Shown here: in pieces, positions 51,001 through 62,000 of the stretch
Layout of the letters: the number at the start of each line of letters is the position of its first letter
How positions within the stretch are numbered: position 1 is the stretch's first letter
Source: Octopus vulgaris
Lineage: Eukaryota
Length of the DNA: 62,000 bases
Direction of reading: 5' to 3'
Assembly: GCA_951406725.2 (NCBI GenBank)
Contig: OX597815.1
Span: 189,864,001-189,926,000, forward strand
Program-made: the position numbers and the translations under genes
The notes under the pieces: generated by a model
Databases searched by the model: none
Told to the model about the DNA's origin: nothing
What the model saw: the letters and a program-made list of their open reading frames with translations, nothing else

Positions 51001-51246
51001 GATTCTGCATGTGTGTTTGCTTGTTGAAAGCTGAGATGTGCTTTTAGCAAAAACTAATCTGCCTCTAGCTTGTTTTTGGTGAGAAGTGAAGATGTGTCTC
51101 ACGGGTTTCTCTCTCAAACTCTGCAGTTGTTCTTTGTGGGTTTTTGTTTTTGGTTTTAATACACTGAAAAGAGAAGGAACCACAAAGACATTAGGAATGG
51201 TTTACATGACATGAAATGCTATCCCTGCAAACTGATTGATTGTTAA

Positions 51247-51465
51247 CCCTTTTTTTTACTATATTTCTGTTGAGATGCTCTGTGTTTCATTCAATCATTT
51301 TTAAATATAACAAAGAATTTAACAAAATAACTTAGTTATCATTAAGCTAGTGTTATGAACATAAATTGTGACTAAGGTTTGGAAGATTTTAATTCAAGAC
51401 TTATGAAGACAAGACATTTGTACTCAGAGCCAGTGGTGGTTTCAGCCAGGATGATAACAAAAGGG
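51247..51465. mobile_element. piggyBac-type MITE
   Basis: TTAA|CCCTTT ... AAAGGG|TTAA; same family at 55326 and 55576. Confidence 0.8.
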
Positions 51466-52096
51466 TTAATAAGGATAGACCACATGACATGAGTGTGATC
51501 TATGTCTGGTATGGACCTGTTAACTGAAAAATGTGAGGTTCAATTCTAGGTCTCACCGCATATATATTGTAGGAGCTAAATTCAGATTTTGTAGGCTCCT
51601 GGGCTGCATATACTGACCTGGCTCACAGTGATATTTTCAAGAACTCTTCCCTAAATTTCTAGATTAACTAAAAACTTATTGACAACTCTCAGAGGTCCCT
51701 GAATTACAGCTCATGCCTTAATCCCTGGATTAACAGCTTAGTGACAGCTTACTGAGCTGCATGGATTACAGTCTCTAAAGCACATGCCTTAATCCGGCAC
51801 TGGACATCATATGTATTCTGGCATCTTGGAATTGATTATCTTTAGTGATGTGAGACATTCCATACATAGCACAACTGTGTTCGAATGATTTCCTGCCATT
51901 ATTTATAAGTTCCGAGAAGACACATTCAGTTTAGTTTATGTGACAAGATAACAAGTGCATAATAATTATATTTGCATATTTGTACAATTGTTTATTTTTT
52001 CATTTTCCCACCTGCCAAGATTATGTAACAAGGTAATTATCATTGTTATTATTATCATCTTCATCATTATATTCATCATTATTATTAACATTATAA

Positions 52097-52300
52097 AGGC
52101 GGTGAGCTGGCAGAATCGTGAGCATGCCGGGTGAAATGCTTAGCGGAAATTCATCTGTCTTCACGTTCTGAGTTCAAATCCTGCCAAGGTTGACTATGCC
52201 TTTCATCCTTTCAGGATAGATAAATTAAGTACCAGTTGAACACTGAAGTCAATGTAATTGAATCATCCCCCTCCTTCCTCAAGCTTCCTCCATATTTGCT
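52097..52300 (+). mobile_element. SINE family B
   Basis: GGCGGTGAGCTGGCAGAATCG head and central block. Confidence 0.8.
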
Positions 52301-52624
52301 GCCCTTGTGCCAAAATTCGTTACATGGCACAGGCACCAGTGTTTTTTATGTGACACCATCACCAACAGAGTCACCAAGTGCCTTGCTAGACAAAAAAGAC
52401 AAAACCCCCTCAGTCAGGTGGGTAGTAGTGAGGGAGAGTACAGGACACCACAAATAAACGTAGAACACAATGAGAAAACATAAAAACAAACACGGAAACG
52501 GACTTTTTTTAACAACGAAAAAACAGAATACAAGACAAACAATACAAGGAATATTCCCCTTCATCAGCTGCCCCTGGTTCGACTCAATGCGTGTTTCGAA
52601 GGTAAGGGTATATATATATATATA

Positions 52625-52860
52625 TAAATGTGTTTCTGTGTGTGTGTGTGTGTGTATGTGTTCTCCACTACTTGGTAACTGGTGTTGGTGTGTTTATGTT
52701 CCCATAACTTAGCAGTTTGGCAAAAGAGACCAATAAGTACCGGGTCTGAAAAACCAAAAAAAAAAGAAAACTGGAATTGATATTCATTTGACTAACATTT
52801 CTTCAAGGCAGTGCTCCAGCATAGCCACAATCAAATGACTATAAGATGAAAGATAAAAGA
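52625..52860 (+). mobile_element. Old SINE family A, 3' half
   Basis: Diverged tail. Confidence 0.65.
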
Positions 52861-53137
52861 TACTGTCAACGAGACACACATACAAACATCCTTCTCTCTT
52901 ACGTAGACACATGCACAATTTCTCTCTCTGTCTCTCCTCACCTCTTTCTCTCTCTCCCACCTCTCTCTCCCACCTCTCTCTCTTCTCACTTCTCTCTCTC
53001 ACACACACATACACACGCTCTCTCTCTCTCTAAAAGAGGTCTCCATTAACAAAGATAACACAAAAGGAGAATAAGATTTATATATTATGTTCAGTCATTT
53101 CTGAAGAAAATTTTCACATAGGAGTGGCTGTGTGGTA

Positions 53138-53520
53138 AGTAGCTTGCTTACCAACCACATGGTTCCAGGTTCAGTCCCACTGCGTGGCACCTTTGGCAAG
53201 TGTCTTCTACTATAGCCTCGGACTGACCAAAGCCTTGTGAGTGGGTTTGGTAGACGGAAACTGAAAGAAGCCCATCGTATATATGCATATACATGCATGT
53301 GTGTGAATATGTTTGTGTGTGTGTGCTTTTCCCCCCAACATCACTTGACAACCAATGCTGTTGTGTTTACATACCCGTAACTTAGCGGTTCGGCAAAAGA
53401 GACCGATAGAATAAGTACTAGGCTTACAAAGAATAAGTCCCGGGGTTGATTTGCTCGACTAAAGGCAGTGCTCCAGCATGGCCGCAGTCAAATGACTGAA
53501 ACAAGTAAAATAATAAAAGA
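53138..53520 (+). mobile_element. SINE family A, full length
   Basis: Family sequence. Confidence 0.92.
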
Positions 53521-54211
53521 AAAGAAAAGAATTTTATTTCAGTTATAAAATAACTGTGAGAACAGAAACTTGGGAAATTAATGTATTTGAACTAAAGGAT
53601 GGAAATCCTATGTGGTCGCTCAACCTGATAGGAGTTCAACCACTGAGAAAGTCAGATAGAGACAGAGACACACAAAGATATCTATTAACCCAGAAAATAA
53701 TGAAAGGCAAAGATGACTGTGGCAGGATTTGAACTCTGGATGCAAAGAGCCATAACAAGCTCTGCAAGACTGATTATTTTGCCAGTCATCCCCCATATTG
53801 AATAATGTGGAAGTATGTGAAACTAAATAAACTGAATTTTATTCCATATTTTGATTATTAAATTGAAAACGACAATGGCTTTAAAAAATGTAAATGACAT
53901 TAATATCAATTTTTAATTAAGTTGAACTATCTTTCAATTAAATTCCAGAAATATCATTGATAGTCTTTCATTACAAACTGAATTGTCATTACAATGCTGA
54001 AACCTCACTCCATCCAACCAATTATCATATTCTTATTTTTAAAATAAAATTCAAGCTCATTTAAACACATCATTATGACAAAATATCATGGCACAAATCT
54101 GATTTTGTGTCAAGTCATTGAAATGCTGCAAAAATGATTAAATGTCACTTATAGTGAATGTTAATGTATTTAACTAACCTGAAATGTTTAATCAATAAAG
54201 TCCACTTACAT

Positions 54212-55105
54212 CAGGGGTTCTCAACCATTTTTTTATCTATGGACCCCTTCAATTACTATTTTTTTTCTGGTGGACTCCCATAGCCATTTGATGTTTAAAA
54301 ATAGTTTTATAGAAACTGGGATGAGGTGGTCAAGCATGACCTTCGAACGTTGGACCTCACAGAGGCAATGCCAAAAGACCGAGACCTCTGGAGATATGCT
54401 GTGACTGCGAAGACCCGACAAATGAAGTGAGTTCATGGCTCGCAGGACAGCCGGCTGTGCTGACCTTGGATTGTAGAGTGACCTGCTGTGCTTGAGGAGA
54501 CCTATTGAGTCAAGTACATCAACATCAAAATAAGAATCAAATGGAAATTGTAGTTGGGATGCCTGTGCCAGTGGTACATAAAAATCACCATCTGAACGTG
54601 GCAGATGCCAGCGCTGCCTTAACTGGCATCCATGCCAATGGTACGTAAAAAGCACCAACTGAGTATGGACATTGCCAGCCTCCTCTGGCTCCTGTGCTGG
54701 TGGCACGTAAAAAGCACCCACTACATTCATGGAGTGGTTGGTGTTAGGAAGGGCATCCAGTTGTAGAAACACTGCCTGATCAGACTGGAGCCTGGTGCAG
54801 CCTACTGGCTTGCCAGTCTTCAGTCAAACTGTCCAACACATGCTAGCATGGAAAACGGACGTTAAACGACGACGATGATGATAATGTCTTTTAAAATTCC
54901 TAGTTTGTTTTTCACACATTTACTCATGTAGGTTGAACCATATAAAATGTTAGAGGAAGAAACCTAGCTGTTTCTTGCAACACATACCAAGATATACATC
55001 TAAAACCAAATTTTTTGAGGATCCCTAATTTTCTATTTTGTTACATGGACCCCCAAAAATCTTATATGGACCTTCAGGGGCCATGTGGACCCTTGAGAAA
55101 CACTG
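54212..55105. mobile_element. hAT-type MITE containing an RTE insertion
   Basis: CAGGGGTTCTCAA ... TTGAGAAACACTG; 8-bp flanks ACTTACAT/GCTTACAG. Confidence 0.75.
54313..54885 (+). mobile_element. RTE 3' fragment including the last ORF2 codons
   Basis: WDEVVKHDLRTLDLTEAM..DRDLWR, then 3' UTR and (GAT)n. Confidence 0.9.
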
Positions 55106-55325
55106 GCTTACAGAGTTTAAACATCACGAAGAAGAATGATAAATACGGTCCCTTATGGGTGGAATGTCATTCAACATGATGTGTTGCATCCATTTTGCAG
55201 TCTGGGTCTCATCAGGTGCATCCACACATTATGTTGTGTCTCGCTAAAGGTCCTGAGTTTTGGTTGTCATGTCGTTATGTGCCCGTCTGGTTAGCGACTG
55301 AAACTTTACAACAATTCTCAATCAA

Positions 55326-55794
55326 CCCTTTCGTTACTGTATTTTTTTGAGATGCTCTGTGTTTCTTTCAATTAATTTTAAATATAACAAAGAATTTAGT
55401 AAAATAACTTAGCCACCATTCAGCTAGTATTAGGAACATAAATTGTGACTAAGGTTTGGTGGAAGATTTTTATTCAAAACTTATGAAAATAAGACATTTG
55501 TACCCAGAGCCAGAGTTGGTTTCAGCCAGGTTGGTAACCCAAGGGTTAGGATTGTTTCTCTATTATATATTTTAACCCCTTTGTTACCATATTTCTGTTG
55601 AGATGCTGTGTTTCTTTCAATTAATTTTAAATATAACAAAGAATTTAGTAAAATAATTTAGCCACCATTCAGCTAGTATTAGGAACATAAATTGTGACTA
55701 AGGCTTGATAGGAGATTTTAATTCAAAACTTATGAAAATAAGACATTTGTACCCAGAGCCAGAGCTGGTTTCAGCGGGGTTGGTATCAAAAGGG
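55326..55794. mobile_element. Two adjacent piggyBac-type MITE copies (55326-55545, 55576-55794)
   Basis: Direct near-identical copies of 51247-51465 with CCC/GGG ends and TTAA-like flanks. Confidence 0.8.
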
Positions 55795-57075
55795 TTAAAT
55801 TAGCTTTCTATAATAATTGCAAACATTTGTAAAATATAGACAAATAACTGCTTATAAAAAAGAAAAAATTGGTAGGGGAAGTGAACGGATGGGCAGGGAT
55901 GGATTGAGTCACATTGGGTTTAAGACAAAAGAATGGTACTAGAAAAGAGAAGGGGGCAGATATATGCAGGCTAGAATGTCTAGGGGCTGAAAGGTTGTTG
56001 AGCTAGCTATCATAGGTCAGGATGCATATACATGCATTCACATACACATGCTCATACATACACTCACACAAGGGATATTGGTCCACCTGCCCTTATTGTC
56101 AGGTTTGTATAATTCATGTTTGTATAACCCATGATTGGAAGACAATCTTACCAGAAGTCTGTCATTGCAGTCACCTCAAAACTAGGGCAGCTCGCAGACA
56201 ATCTGACTCGCTTCACATTTATATTACTGAAGGTGAATCACATACCCCTACACATATATATACATACCCACATGCATACATACACTCACACATACATATG
56301 TACATATACATGCACTTTTTTATATGTATATATTTACACATACATATACATACCTGCTCCTACCTAATACATATATTTTTATAAACACCCATGTACACCC
56401 ACCCACACACACACAGGTGTATGCATATACCCATACACATATATATTTATACACACACACATATATACACATGCATATATATATATATATATATCTGCAT
56501 ATACACATAATAGAAAAATGTTACAAAATAGAAGCTACATGTGGAAATGTAAGGGGAATGTATATATATTCATACACATGCATGTGCAATCCACATACAT
56601 GCACATACATGTATGTAGGCATACACCCACACATAAACGCCCCACTCTCCCCACACATGTATACATATATCTACACACGCCCACCCACACACAAATATAC
56701 TTGCACACATACACATTCCTGCATCACGTTAGTTTTTCAAGCATTAACTAATTGTTGGTATATAATATCATTATTATTATTATTATTATTATTAATAAGT
56801 AGCTGCATTGTAAGGTTACATATCTGAACTTATATGAACATCAATATTTGCTCACAAGTGCAAAAATATAGAAAAACATATTTTTGCTTCTCTACATAAT
56901 CCATCTGTTCTGTTAGTTTAGAGGCTAATCTCTGATACCTTTTAGTTTACATACTTTAGTGACTCACAGTTGTGTTCCAGAGGTATCATGTAGGAACGTT
57001 GCTACAGGTCACTCAGCTATAGAAATGAGTTGCGACATCACTAGTGCCAAGCTGTATCGACCTTTGCCTTTCGCC

Positions 57076-57311
57076 ACCAGCGTGGTGGTATCTCTTAGAT
57101 ACCCTAAATTATAATTTTAATAATAATTATTACCTTTGAAGGTTTTTATTCCCATGCTGGCCACCTGATATGATTGGTATTTAAATAACGATCTTATCCT
57201 TATTTATATAAATTTATATATTTACTTCGTCATTATATTCACTGTGGTGGTATTTTGATCATATCACACCAGGAGTTTTAGGCAGACAATTTAAACTGGT
57301 CGTGTGCATAC

Positions 57312-57369
<58 letters not shown>

Positions 57370-57400
57370 ACGTTCGTATATGTAAGTATATCATATGTTG

Positions 57401-57459
<59 letters not shown>

Positions 57460-57690
57460 TATTTGTATTTATGTGCTATCTGAGTATATTCCACTGATGA
57501 AGGCAAAGCATTTCTTATGCAGAGCCAGAAATCCGGGATCTGGAATTATCCAGTATTTTTTTGTTTTGCTAGTTCATTTTGTCTCTTCTCTCCTGGTGCT
57601 GTATGACCATTTAATGTTGTTTTAGAGTCAAGTTTTGGCTGCTATTTCCAGCGTGATTGTATCTCTTAGATACCCTAAATTATAATTTTA
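57076..57690 (+). mobile_element. Partial-tandem non-coding element carrying a hammerhead
   Basis: About 43-bp direct repeat CCAGCGTG..GTATCTCTTAGATACCCTAAATTATAATTTTA at 57076-57119 and 57649-57690. Confidence 0.65.
57490..57546 (+). ncRNA. Type I hammerhead ribozyme motif
   Basis: UUCCA-CUGAUGA-AGGC..GCAU..AUGC..GCCA-GAAA-UCCGGGA-UC-UGGAA; 5-bp stem I, canonical core, near-palindromic stem III, predicted cut after 57541. Confidence 0.85.
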
Positions 57691-58895
57691 TATACATACA
57701 TATATATATATATACACACATACACACACACATATATTTGAGTTGTGATATGCCATTTAATTTAGATATATCATATAAAACACTTCACAAAAAGAGTTAC
57801 ATTTTTGTTGTTCGTTAGGCTTCTAAGTAAGTTCAGATCACACTGACAGATGATTCACAATTATAACGAGGGATTATTCAACCCAGGACTTGAAGTGCCA
57901 TGGAAACCAGTATCCATAAGAATCTGATAGGCTAATTCCTCTTCAAAAAAGAACAAAAACACCTCACTATCATCTTGAATTTTGAAGGGACTTCCACTCA
58001 ATTCCAGCGCCTGAAAGCCTTTTTGTTCTACCAGCTAAAACTCTTTTGAATGCCCAGCTATTAATCAAGTTATGTTAGCTTTGACCAACCTGTATTCTTG
58101 TATAATCTGGAACTACATTTCCCAATATGTAAAACAAGAGGATATGATTTGAGGGAGATTTTCACATATTTTTAGTAGGCTGAGCGCCCTTTTATTGGTT
58201 TCATATTGGCTTTTCTTTAGGACATGTTTTGACATATTGTGGTATTAAATTTCTTCATTTACTACGAATTGTCGCATAGTAATAAATCAAAGAATAATGG
58301 AATCACTTCCCGCACATATAAAGAGAAGATGAACTCCTAAAGCTAAATCTAACCTTCTGCAAGGTAGAATACTTTTCTAAAAACATTATGACATATCCAT
58401 TATTGACACTGTTATCCCAACTACAATAATTTGATTACCTCTACGACAATAGCCTGCAGAGATTCTAGCTTATTTTCCTTTATTGCATGATTCTATTTCC
58501 AGGTAGCAATCAGAATGCATTCATAGTTTTAATGGGTTATGGAAAAATATATGGGAATCGAATTGAATTTAATTCAATTTGAAAGGGAAACGATAGTGTA
58601 TTGCCTTGGCATCACATGCTTCGGTAAATATATAATGGGTTCAGATTTAGAAATGAAATATTCTGACTGTTTATTTACCTTTTTTATTTTTATTTATTTA
58701 TCTTATATATTGCAGGTTTGTGAACAATAGAGTCGTTAGTGACAAGTTTGCAATGCATCAGTCTACAATCTTTGCTCCATTTCTGACAGCAAGAGTGACA
58801 GGGGAGCACGACCGGATTTTCACTAATATTTATAATCTTCAAATCTTCACCAATATACATTGGCAAAAGACTTACAATACGTGTAAACAGATGTG

Positions 58896-58934
<39 letters not shown>

Positions 58935-59004
58935 CAAATAAGAAAATGGAGAAACAAATTCAGTTTGTTCATCAACTTACGGATATTATAATGTTAGATT
59001 ACGT

Positions 59005-59195
59005 GCGGATGGCACGTAAAAAGCACCCACTACACTCACGGAGTGGTTGGCGTTAGGAAGGGCATCCAGCCATAGAAACACTGCCAGATTTGACTGGGCT
59101 TGATGAAGCCTTCTGGCTTCACAGACCCCAGTAGAACCGTCCAACCCATGCTAGCATGGAAAACGGACGTTAAACGATGATGATGATGATGATGA
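59005..59195 (+). mobile_element. RTE 3' end fragment
   Basis: Nearly identical to the tail of 39041-42446. Confidence 0.9.
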
Positions 59196-59361
59196 TTTAC
59201 AAATGAGAATATCAAAAGCATACAAAATATTATATAAATCAATAGATAATATATTATAATACAAATACAGTCTTTAAAAGTCATATTATAAATTATTGCC
59301 CGTAGTGGGTTACACCCATAACCCCTATCTTACTTTATACATATATATATATATATATCTT

Positions 59362-59545
59362 GTATAAACTTTCGTGGGTAAGACTGGAACAATGCAAAAT
59401 ATGGAACAATGCTGGAACAATGCAAAATAAATCAAAGGTAAATCACAAGAAAACAGGCAAATGAATTAATGATTTACCTGATTTCTTGTGATCTATCTTG
59501 GATTCCTTTGACATAGTTCCAGCCTTGCCCACAAGTTTTATATAA
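59362..59545. repeat. Imperfect fold-back element
   Basis: TATAAACTT..GTGGGTAAGACTGGAAC..AATCACAAGAAA.CAGG.AAAT / ATTTACCTGATTTCTTGTGAT..GTTCCAGCCTTGCCCACAAGTTTTATA. Confidence 0.6.
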
Positions 59546-59879
59546 TTCATTCCACACAATGCTTCATACTAACTATTCCATATATATATAATCAAAATAA
59601 GCAACAGGATATCAAGTAGTGATGCAGTGTGACCAGTGGCTCCATTTAATTGAACAATGTAATCATTACATCAATTTAAATGCAGTGCCATCTTCAGCTG
59701 CATAAATAAATAATGGAATTTTAACAAGTAGGATTTTTAACATTAATATGATAAATATAAATTAATATAATTAATAAAAATAACATTAATATAATTTGTC
59801 TTAAACATTTTAACAGAGCAAGAATATGGACGAAATTCATGTTGTCACTATTGTAGCTATATATATATATATATATATT

Positions 59880-60347
59880 GTTGTTGTGACCCCTTTGATC
59901 ATGAATGACCATGAGATTGCACCGTGAAAGACCAGCAGTCACCCATGCATACCAGCCACCCCTCTCCATGCCGGCGATGTTTTCCATGGGAAAGGCAAAG
60001 GCCAATACAGCTTGGCACCAGTGACATAGCAGCTCATATATTAATGTGCAGGAGGCTGAGTACTCCACAGACACGTATACCCTTAATGTAGTTCTCAGGG
60101 AAATTCAGCATGGCACAGAGTATGACAAGGCTGGCCCTTTGAAATACAGGTACAACAAAACACGAAAAAAGAGTGAGGGAAAGCTGTGGTGAAAGAGTAC
60201 AGCAGGATTCACCACCACCCACTACTGGAGCCTCATGGAGCTTTAGGTGTTTTCGCTCGATAAACACTCACAATGCCCATTTTCAGAATTGAAACCATGA
60301 TCCTACAACTGCGAGTCTGCTGCCCTAACCACTGGCCATTGCGCCTC
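59880..60347 (-). mobile_element. SINE family C head with family-D-like body and a (CAA)n-ended tail
   Basis: Head matches 6088; 60060-60170 matches 32860-32950; tail matches 57030-57075. Confidence 0.7.
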
Positions 60348-60391
60348 TACATATATATATATATATATATATACATACACAACTATTGTAG

Positions 60392-60434
<43 letters not shown>

Positions 60435-60487
60435 CACATATATACATACATATGTATATGTACATACTTACATCTATAAGTATATAT

Positions 60488-61230
60488 ATCATCATCATCA
60501 TCATTTAACGTCTGCTTTCCATGCTAGCATGGGTTGGACGGTTCAACTGGGGTCTGGGGAGCCCGAAGGCTGCACCAGGCCAGTCAGATCTGGCAGTGTT
60601 TCTACAGCTGGATGCCCTTCCTAACGCCAACCACTCCAAGAGTGTAGTGGGTGATTTTATGTGCCACCGACACAGGTGCCAGACGAGGCTGGCGAACGGC
60701 CACGCTCGGATGGTGTTTTTATGTGCCACCGACACAGGTGCCAGACGAAGCTGGCGAACGGCCACGCTCGGATGGTGTTTTTATGTGCCACCGACACAGG
60801 TGCCAGACGAAGCTGGCGAACGGCCATGCTCGGATGGTGTTTTTATGTGCCACCGACACAGGTGCCAGACAAGGCTAGCAGACGACCACGCTCGGATGGT
60901 GTTTTTATGTGCCACCGACACAGGTGCCAGACGAAGCTGGCGAACGGCCATGCTCGGATGGTGTTTTTATGTGCCACCGACACAGGTGCCAGACAAGGCT
61001 AGCAGACGACCACACTCGGATGGTGTTTTTTTATGTGCCACCGACACAGGAGCCAGATTAGGCTGGCGATCGGCCACGATTGGATGGTGATTGTTACGTG
61101 CCCACAGCATGGAGGCCAGTCGGTGCGGTACTGGCTACGGCCACGTTCGGATGGTTTTCTTGTGTGTCACCGGCACTGGTATCACAAGATACAAATTCCA
61201 TTGATGTTCATCTATTTTGATTTTGTTTGA
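60488..61230 (-). mobile_element. RTE 3' fragment with an expanded 62-bp tandem repeat
   Basis: GTGCCACCGACACAGG unit starts at 60661, 60723, 60785, 60847, 60909, 60971 and 61035. Confidence 0.92.
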
Positions 61231-62000
61231 TTTTTGATTTTATGCATATATATATATGCATATTGGGCACAGGGTATCAAGAAACGTGTACAACAAAATG
61301 TACGAGTACATGGAATATGAGCTACTTTTTTATTAACAACGAAAGACATAAATGGAAAACAAGAGAAACAACATAAAGAACGACCCTTCGTTGGTTGTTG
61401 GCTGTTTTTCTAGTCTCGTATTTTGAGCATTTAACAATATATGCTTTCGATAAAATAGTTGCTCCCGCAAAGCAAATTAAATAAAATTTGGGATTTTGCA
61501 GAGGGTCAAAATCGGTAACACAAACAGGACAGTGAAAACAAACAGGAAGGGCTGCTAAGCCTAAACGAGGTTGTGGTGGCAAACGCATAAATCAGGCTTG
61601 GACAGGAGACAGACAAGAACACGTCTTCCACACAGCCACACTTTTATACAAGAGGAAGATATGGTAGGCCTATAGAGACATTTAATCTATTTCTTCATTA
61701 TCACTCTTTTGTTACTTTTCTTCAGCTTATCTAAATATATTAATTTACAGGGTATTTTTCCCTGATTTATGATATTCCTTGTAATAATTGTAATAATTTC
61801 ATACTCAAGCACCATGTAATTTGAAGAAAATGGTTTTGTTAATTTAATTAAAAGTACATTACAGCTAATAAATATAGAATTTATGAACTTCCTATGAAGA
61901 CAAAAATTGATTATTGATATCAATGTAAATATCTTAAACCCTGGTGACTACTGTTTTTGTAGTAATTTTCTTCAAGAAATTAATGTAAATATACTTTATA

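Noticed and set aside
52545-52610. CUGAUGA with upstream GAAAC on - strand (possible type II permutation)
   Set aside because: Stems I and III do not pair convincingly by eye
60661-61060. CRISPR-like array
   Set aside because: Units are near-identical head-to-tail repeats with no unique spacers, inside a LINE 3' UTR

Overview
AT-rich, repeat-saturated eukaryotic (animal) DNA with no host gene that I can support. The mix of repeats resembles a coleoid cephalopod (Octopus-like) genome; that assignment is inference from remembered repeat families, not a database result. The window holds about 30 tRNA-derived SINE copies from at least four families and one young 5'-truncated RTE-clade LINE. That LINE has an APE fragment, an RT with an embedded PHD-like finger, a single in-frame TGA and a probable 21-bp TSD, and there are eight shorter RTE pieces. 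Also present are three Penelope-like (PLE) coding remnants (N-terminal, RT, GIY-YIG), decayed mariner transposons, a Helitron Rep remnant with non-autonomous Helitrons/Helentron-type elements, several MITEs, and kb-scale compound (AT)n arrays. The most notable signal is a dense set of minimal type I hammerhead-ribozyme (HHR) motifs of the PLE-associated kind, about 15 including decayed copies. They sit in short non-coding elements wedged between microsatellites. Several occur as divergent inverted pairs, one lies downstream of a tRNA-like Pol III head, one lies in a partial tandem repeat, and several carry non-canonical cores. Most long ORFs in the supplied track are microsatellite or SINE artefacts. 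Boundaries were read by eye and are accurate to a few bases or tens of bases; all structures are predicted by eye and none was folded or tested.
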